A stretch of 64,000 bases of DNA from Alphaproteobacteria bacterium. Its GTDB lineage: Bacteria > Pseudomonadota > Alphaproteobacteria > GCA-2731375. Where the stretch lies: NCBI GenBank assembly GCA_965225945.1, contig CBDDBZ010000032.1:265080-329079 (forward strand), read 5' to 3'. The position numbers and the translations under genes are program-made. This document shows, in pieces, positions 42,406 to 52,293 of the stretch. Under the pieces are notes generated by a model. It was not told the DNA's origin. It worked only from the letters and a program-made list of their open reading frames with translations, and searched no databases. Each line of letters starts with the position of its first letter. The first letter of the stretch is position 1.

Positions 42406-43662
42406 ATGTCCCGCTATTCGGCCTGGAGCCTGTTCACGCATGGCCTGAGCGGGCAGCGCAAGTGGCGGCGCGCCTGGCGCGATGCGGAACCGAAGCCGCA
42501 CTACGGCGTCATCATCGTCGGCGGCGGCGGGCACGGCCTCGCCACCGCCTATTACCTGGCCAAGGAGCACGGCATTACCGACGTCGCCGTGCTGGAAAAG
42601 GGCTGGCTCGGCGGCGGCAACACCGGGCGCAACACCACCATCGTGCGCTCCAACTATCTGCTCGACCCCAACAGCCACTTCTATGAGAAGTCGATGAAAC
42701 TCTGGGAGGGGCTGAGCCAGGAGCTCAACTTCAACGTCATGTTCAGCCAGCGGGGCGTGTTGAACCTGGGCCATTCCGATGGCCAGATGGACGCCTTCGC
42801 GCGCCGCGGCAACGTCATGCGGCTGAACGGGATCGAAGCCGAGTTGATGGGACGCGACGAGATCCGCCGGGAGATCCCCTACCTGAATTTTTCCGCTTCC
42901 GCGCGTTTTCCCATCATGGGCGGGCTGATGCAGCGGCGCGGCGGCACCGTGCGGCACGACGCCGTCGCCTGGGGCTTCGCGCGGGCCGCCGACGGCCGGG
43001 GCGTCGACATCGTGCAAAACTGCGAGGTCACCGCCGTCCGCCGCGAGGGCGCGCGGGTCGTCGGCGTCGAGACCAGCCGGGGCTTTATCGGCTGCGACAG
43101 AATCGGCTTCGCGGTGGCCGGCAATACCGGACGCCTTGCGGCGATGGCGGGCTTCCGCCTGCCGATCGAAAGCCACGTGCTGCAGGCCTTCGTCTCGGAG
43201 GGGCTGAAACCGACCATCGATCACGTCGTGACCTACGGCGCCGGGCACTTCTACATCAGCCAGTCCGACAAGGGCGGCTTGGTCTTCGGCGGCGATCTCG
43301 ACCTTTACAACTCTTATGCGCAGCGCGGCAATCTGGCGATGGTCGAGCACGTGGTGACGGCCGGGCTGGCGATGGTGCCGCACCTCTCGCGGCTCCGCAT
43401 CGCCCGGAGCTGGGGCGGCGTCGTGGACATGAGCATGGACGGCAGCCCGATCATCTCCACCTCGCCGCTCGACAACCTCTATCTCAACTGTGGCTGGTGC
43501 TACGGCGGCTTCAAGGCGACGCCGGCCTCGGGCTGGGTGTTCGCCCACACCATCGCCAACGGGCGTCCGCACGAACTGAACACGGCGATGACCCTCGATC
43601 GCTTCGAGACCGGACGGCTGCTGGACGAGAAGGGCGGCGGCCCCTTTCCCTGGGTGCATTAG
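42406..43662 (+). CDS. soxB: Sarcosine oxidase subunit beta family
   Basis: GGGGHGLATAYYLAK, GGGNTGRNTTIVRSNY, RHDAVAWG. Confidence 0.95.
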   Translation: MSRYSAWSLFTHGLSGQRKWRRAWRDAEPKPHYGVIIVGGGGHGLATAYYLAKEHGITDVAVLEKGWLGGGNTGRNTTIVRSNYLLDPNSHFYEKSMKLWEGLSQELNFNVMFSQRGVLNLGHSDGQMDAFARRGNVMRLNGIEAELMGRDEIRREIPYLNFSASARFPIMGGLMQRRGGTVRHDAVAWGFARAADGRGVDIVQNCEVTAVRREGARVVGVETSRGFIGCDRIGFAVAGNTGRLAAMAGFRLPIESHVLQAFVSEGLKPTIDHVVTYGAGHFYISQSDKGGLVFGGDLDLYNSYAQRGNLAMVEHVVTAGLAMVPHLSRLRIARSWGGVVDMSMDGSPIISTSPLDNLYLNCGWCYGGFKATPASGWVFAHTIANGRPHELNTAMTLDRFETGRLLDEKGGGPFPWVH

Positions 43663-43665
43663 AGC

Positions 43666-43947
43666 ATGATCCTGATCGATTGCCCCTATTGCGGCCCGCG
43701 CGGCCACGAGGAGTTCACCTACGCCGGCGACGCGACCAAGCGGCGACCCGAGATCGGCGGCGCGCCGGACGCCGAAGCCTGGCAGGACTTTCTCCACCTC
43801 CGCGACAATCCGCGCGGGCCGCACCTGGAATTCTGGCATCACGCGCAGGGTTGCCGGGCCTACGTCAAGGTGCTGCGCGACACCGCGACGCACGAGGTGT
43901 TTGCCTGCGGCCTTCCCGCCAACGACCTGGCGGGCGAGGCCGAGTGA
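43666..43947 (+). CDS. soxD: Sarcosine oxidase subunit delta
   Basis: CPYCGPR..EEF, RDNPRG, WHHAQGC, RDTATHE. Confidence 0.95.
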   Translation: MILIDCPYCGPRGHEEFTYAGDATKRRPEIGGAPDAEAWQDFLHLRDNPRGPHLEFWHHAQGCRAYVKVLRDTATHEVFACGLPANDLAGEAE

Positions 43948-46895
43948 TGGCCGAGGCTCCCTACCGTCTCGCCGATGGGGGTCTGATCGACCGCGCCCGC
44001 CGGCTCGCCTTCGATTTCGACGGCCGGCGCCTGCACGGCCATCCCGGCGACACGCTCGCCTCGGCGCTGCTGGCGAACGGCGTGCATCTGGTCGGCCGGA
44101 GCTTCAAATATCACCGACCGCGCGGCATCCTGACCGCCGGCTCGGCCGAGCCGAACGCCCTGGTCGAGCTCCGCGCCGGCGCGCGGCGCGAGCCCAACAC
44201 CCGGGCGACGACGGTCGAGCTTTACGACGGCCTGGTGGCGGCGAGCCAGAACCGCTGGCCGAGCCTGCGCCACGACGTGCTGTCGATCAACGATGTGATG
44301 TCGCGCTTCCTGCCGGCCGGCTTCTACTACAAGACCTTCATGTGGCCGCCCAAGGCGTGGCTCACCTACGAGAAGTTCATCCGCCGGGCGGCCGGCCTCG
44401 GCAGCGCCGCCGAGCAACCCGATCCCGACCGATACGACCGCATGAACCTACATTGCGACGTGTTGGTGGTCGGCGGTGGGGTGGCCGGCCTGGCGGCGGC
44501 GGAGGCGGCGGGCCGGGACGGCGCGCGTGTGGTTCTGGTCGACGAGTCGGATCGATTGGGCGGATCGCTCTTGGGCGAGCGGATCCGGATCGACGGCGCG
44601 CCGGCGCTCGCCTGGATCGATTCCCTGGTGGCCATCCTCGCCGAGCGGTCCGAAACCACGGTGCTGACCCGGACCACTGCCTTCGGCGTCTACGACGACA
44701 ACTTCGTCGGCGCGATCGAGAGGGTGTCGGACCATCTCCGCGAACCGCCGGCCCACGGCGTGCGCCAGCGCTATTGGCGGATCCGCGCCGGCCGCGTCGT
44801 CGCCGCCGCGGGCGCGTTGGAGCGGCCCCTGGTCTTCGCCGAGAATGATCGGCCGGGGATCATGCTGGCCTCGGCGGTGCGCGCCTACCTCAACCGCTAC
44901 GCGGTCCGCCCCGGGCGCCGCGCCGTCGTCTTCTGCAACAACGACGACGGCTACCGGACGGCGCTCGACCTCCAGGCGGCGGGAGTCGAGGTGGCGGCGG
45001 TGGTCGATGCCCGGCGCGATGACGGCGCCTGGCGTGCCCGCGCGCGCGAGGCCGGCGTGGAGGTCATGGCGGGCGCGGTCGTCACCCGGGCCCGGGGCAA
45101 GCGCCACGTCCGCGCGGTCGAAGTCATGACCCTCGCCGGCGGAGGTGCTTCGGGCGCCTCGCGCCGTATCGCCTGCGATCTCGTCGCCGTTTCCGGCGGC
45201 CTCGACCCGGCGCTGCATCTCTTGTCCCACGCTGGCGCGGTGGCCGAATACGACCCCGAGATCGCCGCGTTCCGCCCGGGTGAGGGCGCACGCGGGGATA
45301 TCGTCGCCGTCGGCGCCGCCAACGGCACCTTCGACCTCGCTGCGGCGCTTCGCGAGGCCAAAATCGCCACCGACGAGCCGGAGGCGACGGCGCCGCTCGC
45401 GCTCTGGCGTGTGCCGGGGGGCAAGGGCAAGGCTTTCGTCGATCCGCAGAACGACGTCACGGCCGACGATATCGCGCTTGCGCACCGGGAAGGCTACGTC
45501 TCCGTCGAACATCTGAAGCGCTACACCACGCTCGGCATGGGCACGGACCAGGGCAAGCTCGGCAACGTCAACGGCCTGGCGATCCTGGCCGAGGCCAGGG
45601 GCGCGCCGATCGGCCAGGTGGGCACGACGACCTACCGGCCCCCCTACGTGGGGGTGGCCATCGGTGCCCTCGTCGGGCCCGACGTCGGCCACCATGAGGC
45701 GCCGGTGCGCTACTCCGCCATGCACGACTGGCACGTGGCCCGGGGCGCCGTCTTCGTCGAGGCCGGCGCCTGGCTTCGCCCGCGCTACTATCTGGCGCCG
45801 GGCGAGGTCGATGGGAGGGAGACCATGGACCGCGCCATCACCCGCGAGGTGGTCGAGACCCGCGGCGGCGTCGGCCTGGTCGACGTCTCGACCCTCGGCA
45901 AGATCGACATCCAGGGCCCCGACTCAGGCGAGTTGCTGAACCGGCTCTACACCAACGGCTGGAAGGGGCTGGAGGTCGGCCGCGCCCGCTATGGCCTGAT
46001 GCTGCGCGAGGACGGCCTGGTTTTCGACGACGGCACCACCTCGCGGCTCGGCGAACGGCATTATCTGATGACGACGACCACGACCAACGCCGGCCCGGTG
46101 ATGGCGCATCTGGAGTATTACCTCCAAATCGTCTGGCCGGAATTGCGGGTGAAGGCGGTCTCGGTCACCGAGCAGTGGGCGGCGATGGCGCTGGCCGGCC
46201 CGAAGGCGCGCGAGGTGCTGGCCGCCGTGGCGCCGGGCCTCGATGTGTCGAATGAGGCCTTTCCGTTCATGGGCGTGCGGTTTGCCGAGGTGGCGGGCGT
46301 GGAAGCGCGGATCTTCCGGATCAGCTTCTCGGGCGAACTATCCTACGAGATCAACGTCGGCGCCGATTGGGGCGCCTCGGTCTGGGAGCGAATCGTCGAG
46401 GCCGGCGCGACATGGGGCCTGCGCCCTTACGGCACCGAGGCGATGGGCATCATGCGGATCGAGAAGGGCCACGTCGCGGGCGGCGAGCTCGACGGCCAGT
46501 CCACGGCGGAGGATCTGGGGCTCGCCCGGATGCAGAGCCGGCGCAAGGACTATATCGGCCTCGCCATGCTCGACCGCGAGGGGCTGGCCGACGCGATGCG
46601 GCCGCGTTTCGTCGGCCTCGTGCCCGTGGACGGCACGACGCCCATCCGCGTCGGCGCCCATATCGTCGAGGACCCCCATGCGGCCCCGCCGGTAGCGAGG
46701 CTCGGCCATGTCTCGTCGTCGGCCTATCTCAGCCCGACCGTCGGTCACCCCATCGCGCTGGGCTTCGTCGCCGGCGGGCGGGAGCGGCTGGGCGAGGAGA
46801 TCTGGGCCGTCAGCCCGGTGCACGACCAGCGGGTCAAGGTGCGGCTCGCCGACCCGGTGTTTTACGATCCCGAGGGAGGGCGACAGCGTGGCTAA
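43947..46895 (+). CDS. soxA: Sarcosine oxidase subunit alpha
   Basis: GDTLASALLANG, RSFKYHRPRG, EHLKRYTTLGMGTDQGK, GcvT-like C-terminus. Confidence 0.95.
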   Translation: MAEAPYRLADGGLIDRARRLAFDFDGRRLHGHPGDTLASALLANGVHLVGRSFKYHRPRGILTAGSAEPNALVELRAGARREPNTRATTVELYDGLVAASQNRWPSLRHDVLSINDVMSRFLPAGFYYKTFMWPPKAWLTYEKFIRRAAGLGSAAEQPDPDRYDRMNLHCDVLVVGGGVAGLAAAEAAGRDGARVVLVDESDRLGGSLLGERIRIDGAPALAWIDSLVAILAERSETTVLTRTTAFGVYDDNFVGAIERVSDHLREPPAHGVRQRYWRIRAGRVVAAAGALERPLVFAENDRPGIMLASAVRAYLNRYAVRPGRRAVVFCNNDDGYRTALDLQAAGVEVAAVVDARRDDGAWRARAREAGVEVMAGAVVTRARGKRHVRAVEVMTLAGGGASGASRRIACDLVAVSGGLDPALHLLSHAGAVAEYDPEIAAFRPGEGARGDIVAVGAANGTFDLAAALREAKIATDEPEATAPLALWRVPGGKGKAFVDPQNDVTADDIALAHREGYVSVEHLKRYTTLGMGTDQGKLGNVNGLAILAEARGAPIGQVGTTTYRPPYVGVAIGALVGPDVGHHEAPVRYSAMHDWHVARGAVFVEAGAWLRPRYYLAPGEVDGRETMDRAITREVVETRGGVGLVDVSTLGKIDIQGPDSGELLNRLYTNGWKGLEVGRARYGLMLREDGLVFDDGTTSRLGERHYLMTTTTTNAGPVMAHLEYYLQIVWPELRVKAVSVTEQWAAMALAGPKAREVLAAVAPGLDVSNEAFPFMGVRFAEVAGVEARIFRISFSGELSYEINVGADWGASVWERIVEAGATWGLRPYGTEAMGIMRIEKGHVAGGELDGQSTAEDLGLARMQSRRKDYIGLAMLDREGLADAMRPRFVGLVPVDGTTPIRVGAHIVEDPHAAPPVARLGHVSSSAYLSPTVGHPIALGFVAGGRERLGEEIWAVSPVHDQRVKVRLADPVFYDPEGGRQRG

Positions 46896-47490
46896 GGCGG
46901 AGCGACGGTCCCCCCTGGCGGCGGTGCTGGAGCCCGCTCGCCATGGCGCGGCGGTGGTTCAAACGCCGGAGTTGGTGTTGAGCGAGCGGCGCCCGCTGTC
47001 CATGGTGCAGGTGGAGAGCGACGAGGCCGGCGCCCCAGAGGTGGTCGCAGGTGTGGAAAACGCGCTCGGCGTGACGCCGCCGGTGGCGTTCAACCGCATG
47101 GCCGGCGACGACGGGCTGGCGATCCACTGGATCGGGCCGCATCGCTGGCTGGTGGTGGCGCCGGCCGGGCGCGACCTGGAGGCGCTGTTGGTGGATGGCT
47201 TGGCCGGCACCGAGGCGGCGGTGGTCGAGCTTTCGCACGGCCGCGCCGCGATCCGCCTGGCGGGCGGCATGGCCCGCCAAGTGCTGGCCAAGGGCGCGGG
47301 GCTCGATTTTCACCCCGCCGTCTTCACCCCCGGCGTCGTGGCGCAGACCGCGCTGTTTCATGTCTCGGTGCTGATCGCCTGCCTCGACGATTCCCCCGCC
47401 TTCGAGATCCACGCCCCCCGAGGCTTCGCCCGCTCGCTCTGGGAAAGCCTGACCGATGCCGCCGCCGAATACGGCTACCGCGTGGTCTGA
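46888..47490 (+). CDS. soxG: Sarcosine oxidase subunit gamma
   Basis: WIGPHRWL, ELSHGR, VLAKG..LDFH, LTDAAAEYG. Confidence 0.9.
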   Translation: MAKAERRSPLAAVLEPARHGAAVVQTPELVLSERRPLSMVQVESDEAGAPEVVAGVENALGVTPPVAFNRMAGDDGLAIHWIGPHRWLVVAPAGRDLEALLVDGLAGTEAAVVELSHGRAAIRLAGGMARQVLAKGAGLDFHPAVFTPGVVAQTALFHVSVLIACLDDSPAFEIHAPRGFARSLWESLTDAAAEYGYRVV

Positions 47491-47521
47491 CGCCCCGTGC
47501 CGCGCTCGGGGAAATCGACGC

Positions 47522-47548
47522 TTGACAGAATTTCGTTTGTATACAAAC
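47522..47548 (+). promoter_or_regulatory. Promoter -35 plus palindromic operator
   Basis: TTGACA at 47522-47527; perfect 14-bp GTTTGTATACAAAC at 47535-47548. Confidence 0.7.
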
Positions 47549-47584
47549 AATATCGCGTGACGTTCGGTTGGGAGGCGCGAGCGT

Positions 47585-50500
47585 ATGGCACGGGCGATGG
47601 CCGGCATCGACGTCGGCGGGACCTTCACGGACTTGGTGCTGCTGGAGGATTCAGGCGACGGCCCGGCGCGGGTGCGGGTCGCCAAGACGCCGACGACGCC
47701 GGACAATCAGGCCTTCGGCGTGATGGCGGCGATTCGGGACACGAGCGTCAGCCCGGCCGCAATCGACCTGATCCTGCACGGCACGACCACCACCACCAAT
47801 GCCATTCTCGAAGGCAAGATCGCCAAGGTCGGCCTGATCACCACGCGCGGCTTCCGCGACATCCTGGAACTCGGCCGCCGCACCCGGCCCGCCGCCTACG
47901 GAATGCGCGGCGAGTTCGAGCCGCTGATCCCGCGCGAGCGGCGGCTGGAAGTGAGGGAAAGAATGCGGGTCGACGGCGCGGTGCACGAGCCGCTCGACGA
48001 GGACGAGGTTCGCGCCCAGGTCCTCCGGCTCCGCGAGATGGGCTGCGAGAGCCTGCTGATCCACTTCCTCCACGCCTACGCCAATTCGGCGCACGAGGTC
48101 CGGGCGGGTGAGATCGCGGCCGAGATCTGGCCCAACGATTACGTCACCCTGGGCCACCGCGTGATCTCCGAATTTCGGGAGTACGAGCGCGGCACCACCG
48201 CCTCGATCAACGCCGCCGTGCAGCCGATCCTCGAGCGCTATATCGCCCGTCTCCGCGCCGAGCTGGAGGCGGCGGGCTACGGCCGCGATTTCCTGGTGAT
48301 GAACGGCAACGGCGGCACCGTCGCCTCGGCGCTGGTCGCGGGCGAGGCGGCGAAGACGGTGATGTCGGGCCCGGCCTCCGGCGTCAAGGCGGCGGCCTAT
48401 ACGGCGGCGGCGGCCGGCTTCGCCGACGTCATCTCCTACGACATGGGCGGCACCTCGACCGACGTGGCGCTGATCCGGAGCGGCGAGCCGGAAGTCAGCT
48501 CGGAGCTGCGGATCGCCTATGGCCTGCCGGTGCATCTGCCGATGATCGACGTGCGCTCGATCGGCGCCGGTGGCGGCTCGATCGCCTGGATCGACGCCGG
48601 CGGGATCCTCAAGGTGGGGCCGGAGAGCGCGGGCGCCCGGCCCGGGCCGATCTGCCATGGCCGGGGCGGCGAGCGGCCGACGGTGACCGACGCCAACGTG
48701 GTTCTCGGCCGCATGGACCACGCCGGCCTGCTGGCGGCCGAACAGGTGGTGCCGCTGGAGCACGTCCGCATGATCTTCGAGAAGGAGCTGGCCGCCCCCC
48801 TCGGCCTTTCGGTCGACGCGGCGGCCGCCGCGGTCGTGGCCATCGCCAACACCCAGATGGCCGGCGCGATCCGAATGGTCTCGCTGGCTCGGGGGCACGA
48901 TCCACGCGACTTTGCCCTCTTCGCCTTCGGCGGCGCCGGGCCGATGCACGCAGGCGCGCTGGCCCGCGAGCTGGGCCTGCCGAAAGTGCTGATCCCCGCA
49001 CTTCCCGGCATGACCAACGCGCTCGGCTGCCTGGTCGCCGACCTTCGCCAGGACTACGTCAACACGCTGAACCGGCCGCTCGACGAGGTGGATTTCGACG
49101 AACTGGGCGCCCTGCTCCGGGCCCAGCGCCGACGCGGCCAGGCGGCCAACGCGGAGCAGCGCAGCGAGATCACACGGACCACGGTGCGCCATTCCTTCGA
49201 CATGCAGTTCAGCGGCCAGACCCATATCCTGAACGTACCCGCGCCGGAGGGCGAGATCACCCGCGAAACCCTGGGCGCCCGCTTCGCAAGGGCCTATTTC
49301 GAGCGCTTCGCGGTTTGGCTGCCGGAGATCCGCGCCGTCGTGGTCAATGCCAACACCTCGGTGATCGGCCATCGGCGCCCGGTCGACCTCTCGAGCCTGG
49401 TCGATCCCGCGCGCCGCGCCGCCACCATCGAGGCCTCGATCAAGGGCCACCGGCCAGTCTATTTCGACGGCGCCTGGCGCAAGACGCCGGTCCATGATCG
49501 GGCACGACTGCCGGCCGGCGCGCGGCTCGCCGGCCCGGCGGTGATCGAGCAGATGGACACCACCATCGTCGTCGAGCCGGGGACCGCGCTCGAGACCGAC
49601 GCCATCGGCAACATCGTCGTCGACGTCCCCCTCGAGCGGGCGAGCCTGGGCGTACCAAGCAAGAGCGAACTCGATCCCCTGACCCTGGCGGTGGTGTGGA
49701 ACGGCTTGCGGCAGGTCTGCGACGAGATGGACCTGGCCTTCTCCCGCTCCGCCTTCTCGCCGGTGATCGCCGAGGCCGACGACCGCTCCGACGGCATCTA
49801 TCACCGGGACTCGGGCGAGCTGATCGCCCAGGGCGAGTTTGGTCTTCCGATCTTCGTCGGCACCATGCAGCACTCGACGATGAACATCATCGCCCGTATC
49901 GCCGAGGGCCTGACCTCGGCCCCCGAGCAAGGCGACATCTACATCGTCAACGACCCCTATCTGGGCGGCACGCACTTGATGGACGTCCGCTTCGCGATGC
50001 CGTTCTATCACCGAGGCCGGATGTTCTGCTGGCTCTCCAACACCGGGCATTGGCCGGACATCGGCGGCGCGGTGCCGGGTGGCTTCTCCGCCCGGGCGAC
50101 GGAGGTGGAGCAAGAGGGGCTCCGCCTGCCGCCGGTGAAGCTCTTCAAGCGGGGCGAGATGGACCCGGAGATTCTGGCCATCATCCAGAGCAACATCCGC
50201 ATCGCCGACCAGCGGATTGGCGACATCAAGGCGCAAGCGGCGGCGCTCCAGGTCGGGGCCCGGCGGCTGACGGAACTGCTGGAGCGCCATGGCGTCGAGA
50301 CCGTGGACGAGGCGATCGCCGAGATGCGCCGACGCTCGGAGCGTTTGATGCGGAGCTACATCGCCGAGATCCCCGACGGCGTCTACGAGAGCGAGGGAAT
50401 CGTCGATTCCGACGGCGTGGTCGACCGGCCACTGGTCATCGCGCTCCGCCTGACCAAGCGAGGCGACGAGATCGAGTTCGACTTTTCCCGCTCCAGCCCG

Positions 50501-51427
50501 CCCTGCCGGGGACCGATGAACTCGGTCATCGCCACCACCTATTCCTCGGTCTATCTGGCAATCAAGCACATCTTCCCCGACGTGCCGATCAACGCCGGCG
50601 TGTTCGAGCCGCTGAAGATCCGCCGGCCCGAGGGAACCTTCCTCGACGCCCATTATCCCCGCCCGGTCTCGGGCTGCGCGGCCGAGGTCTCGCAGCGGAT
50701 CGCCGAAGCGGTGTTCGCCGCCCTGGTCCAGGCAATCCCGGAGCGCGTCACCGCCGCGCCGGCCGGGACCAGCGGCAACTTCGCCCTCGGCGGCCACGAT
50801 CCGGCGAAGGGGCGAAGCTATGTGATGTATCAACTGACCGGCGGCGGCTACGGCGGCAACGCGGATCACGACGGGCTTTCCAACGGCTGTTCCACCATCG
50901 GCATCTCCAAGGCCCAGCCGGTCGAGGTGCTGGAGCAGTACTACCCCGTGCTGTTCCGTAAATACGCGCTCAGGGAGGAGAGCGGCGGCGCCGGCCGGCG
51001 GCGCGGCGGTTTCGGGCTGGAATACGAGGTCGAGATCCTGCGCGGCGAGGCGCGGGCCTCCTTCGTGATGGATCACGGCCGGGTCGGCCCGCAGGGCGCG
51101 CTCGGCGGCGGGGACGGCGCGCCCAACCGCGTTAAGGTCATCGCCAAGGGCGAGGTCTATGTGCCGCCGCACCTCTCCAAGGATCAGGACATCGAGGTCG
51201 GTCCAGGCGACCGGGTGGAGGTGCTGACGCCGGGCGGCGGCGGTTATGGCCCGGCCTTCGAGCGCGACGCTCGCGCGGTGCGCCGCGACGTCCTGCGGGG
51301 CTACTACGGCGCCCCTGCGGCGGAGCGTCTGTTCGGCGTCCGCCTGGTGGGCGAGGATCTGGAGATCGACCTCGAGGCGACGGAACGGCTCCGCGCGGGC
51401 GTGGGCCTGGGCGCGGTCGCCTCATGA
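47585..51427 (+). CDS. Fused hydantoinase A/B (ATP-dependent oxoprolinase-like lactamase)
   Basis: GIDVGGTFTD, HGTT, SGPASG, DMGGTSTD, FGGAGPMH; then DPLTLAV, NDPYLGGTHL, HWPDIGG, TPGGGGYG. Confidence 0.92.
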   Translation: MARAMAGIDVGGTFTDLVLLEDSGDGPARVRVAKTPTTPDNQAFGVMAAIRDTSVSPAAIDLILHGTTTTTNAILEGKIAKVGLITTRGFRDILELGRRTRPAAYGMRGEFEPLIPRERRLEVRERMRVDGAVHEPLDEDEVRAQVLRLREMGCESLLIHFLHAYANSAHEVRAGEIAAEIWPNDYVTLGHRVISEFREYERGTTASINAAVQPILERYIARLRAELEAAGYGRDFLVMNGNGGTVASALVAGEAAKTVMSGPASGVKAAAYTAAAAGFADVISYDMGGTSTDVALIRSGEPEVSSELRIAYGLPVHLPMIDVRSIGAGGGSIAWIDAGGILKVGPESAGARPGPICHGRGGERPTVTDANVVLGRMDHAGLLAAEQVVPLEHVRMIFEKELAAPLGLSVDAAAAAVVAIANTQMAGAIRMVSLARGHDPRDFALFAFGGAGPMHAGALARELGLPKVLIPALPGMTNALGCLVADLRQDYVNTLNRPLDEVDFDELGALLRAQRRRGQAANAEQRSEITRTTVRHSFDMQFSGQTHILNVPAPEGEITRETLGARFARAYFERFAVWLPEIRAVVVNANTSVIGHRRPVDLSSLVDPARRAATIEASIKGHRPVYFDGAWRKTPVHDRARLPAGARLAGPAVIEQMDTTIVVEPGTALETDAIGNIVVDVPLERASLGVPSKSELDPLTLAVVWNGLRQVCDEMDLAFSRSAFSPVIAEADDRSDGIYHRDSGELIAQGEFGLPIFVGTMQHSTMNIIARIAEGLTSAPEQGDIYIVNDPYLGGTHLMDVRFAMPFYHRGRMFCWLSNTGHWPDIGGAVPGGFSARATEVEQEGLRLPPVKLFKRGEMDPEILAIIQSNIRIADQRIGDIKAQAAALQVGARRLTELLERHGVETVDEAIAEMRRRSERLMRSYIAEIPDGVYESEGIVDSDGVVDRPLVIALRLTKRGDEIEFDFSRSSPPCRGPMNSVIATTYSSVYLAIKHIFPDVPINAGVFEPLKIRRPEGTFLDAHYPRPVSGCAAEVSQRIAEAVFAALVQAIPERVTAAPAGTSGNFALGGHDPAKGRSYVMYQLTGGGYGGNADHDGLSNGCSTIGISKAQPVEVLEQYYPVLFRKYALREESGGAGRRRGGFGLEYEVEILRGEARASFVMDHGRVGPQGALGGGDGAPNRVKVIAKGEVYVPPHLSKDQDIEVGPGDRVEVLTPGGGGYGPAFERDARAVRRDVLRGYYGAPAAERLFGVRLVGEDLEIDLEATERLRAGVGLGAVAS

Positions 51428-52293
51428 GCCTGCTCAGACCCGATACGCTGGAAGCGGCGCTGGAGATACGAGCTCGCCAAGATGTCGTGCCGCTCGCCGG
51501 CGGCACCGATGTCTTTCCGGCCCGCTCCCTCGGGGAGGCCTGGGGCCATCCACCGAAGGCACCGCTGCTGGACCTGAGCGCGATCGCGGCGCTCCGGGGC
51601 ATCGAGGAAGACGCTGATGGCCACCGGATCGGCGCGCTCGTCACCTGGACCGAGGTCATGCAGCACCCCCTGCCGGCGCATTTCGAGGGCTTGAAGGCCG
51701 CGGGCCGCGAGGTCGGCGGGCACCAGATACAGAACCGCGGCACGCTGGTCGGCAACATCTGCAACGCCTCGCCCGCTGCCGACGGAACGCCGGTGCTGCT
51801 GGTCCTGGAGGCCGAGATCGAGCTCGCGAGCCTGGCCGGGTCACGCCGCCTGCCGCTCGCCGAGTTCACCACCGGCAACCGGGAGACGGCGCTCCGCCCG
51901 GACGAACTGGCGATCGCCCTCCACGTGCCGCGCCCGGCGACGACAGTGCCGAGCGCCTTCCTGAAGCTCGGTAGCCGGCGCTATCTGGTGATCTCGATCG
52001 CCGCCGTCGCAGGATTGCTGGAACTGGACGACGACGGCCGCATCGCCGAGGCCCGCCTGGCGGTCGGCGCCTGTTCGCCCGTCCCGTGCCGATTGAGCGA
52101 GCTGGAGCGGGCATTGCGTGGCCTGCGAATCGACGACTCGTTCGACCCGGCCATCCGCGAAACGGTGCCGCCGGCCCTCTCGCCCATCGACGACGCCCGC
52201 GCCACCGCCGCTTATCGGCTGGAAGCCGCGCAAATCCTACTCGCCCGCCTGCTCACCCGGGTGGCCGCTGGCCGCGGGAGGCGGGCCGCATGA
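51424..52293 (+). CDS. Xanthine dehydrogenase-family FAD subunit
   Basis: LAGGTD, QIQNRGTLVGNICNASPAADG, SPIDDARATAAYR. Confidence 0.92.
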   Translation: MSLLRPDTLEAALEIRARQDVVPLAGGTDVFPARSLGEAWGHPPKAPLLDLSAIAALRGIEEDADGHRIGALVTWTEVMQHPLPAHFEGLKAAGREVGGHQIQNRGTLVGNICNASPAADGTPVLLVLEAEIELASLAGSRRLPLAEFTTGNRETALRPDELAIALHVPRPATTVPSAFLKLGSRRYLVISIAAVAGLLELDDDGRIAEARLAVGACSPVPCRLSELERALRGLRIDDSFDPAIRETVPPALSPIDDARATAAYRLEAAQILLARLLTRVAAGRGRRAA

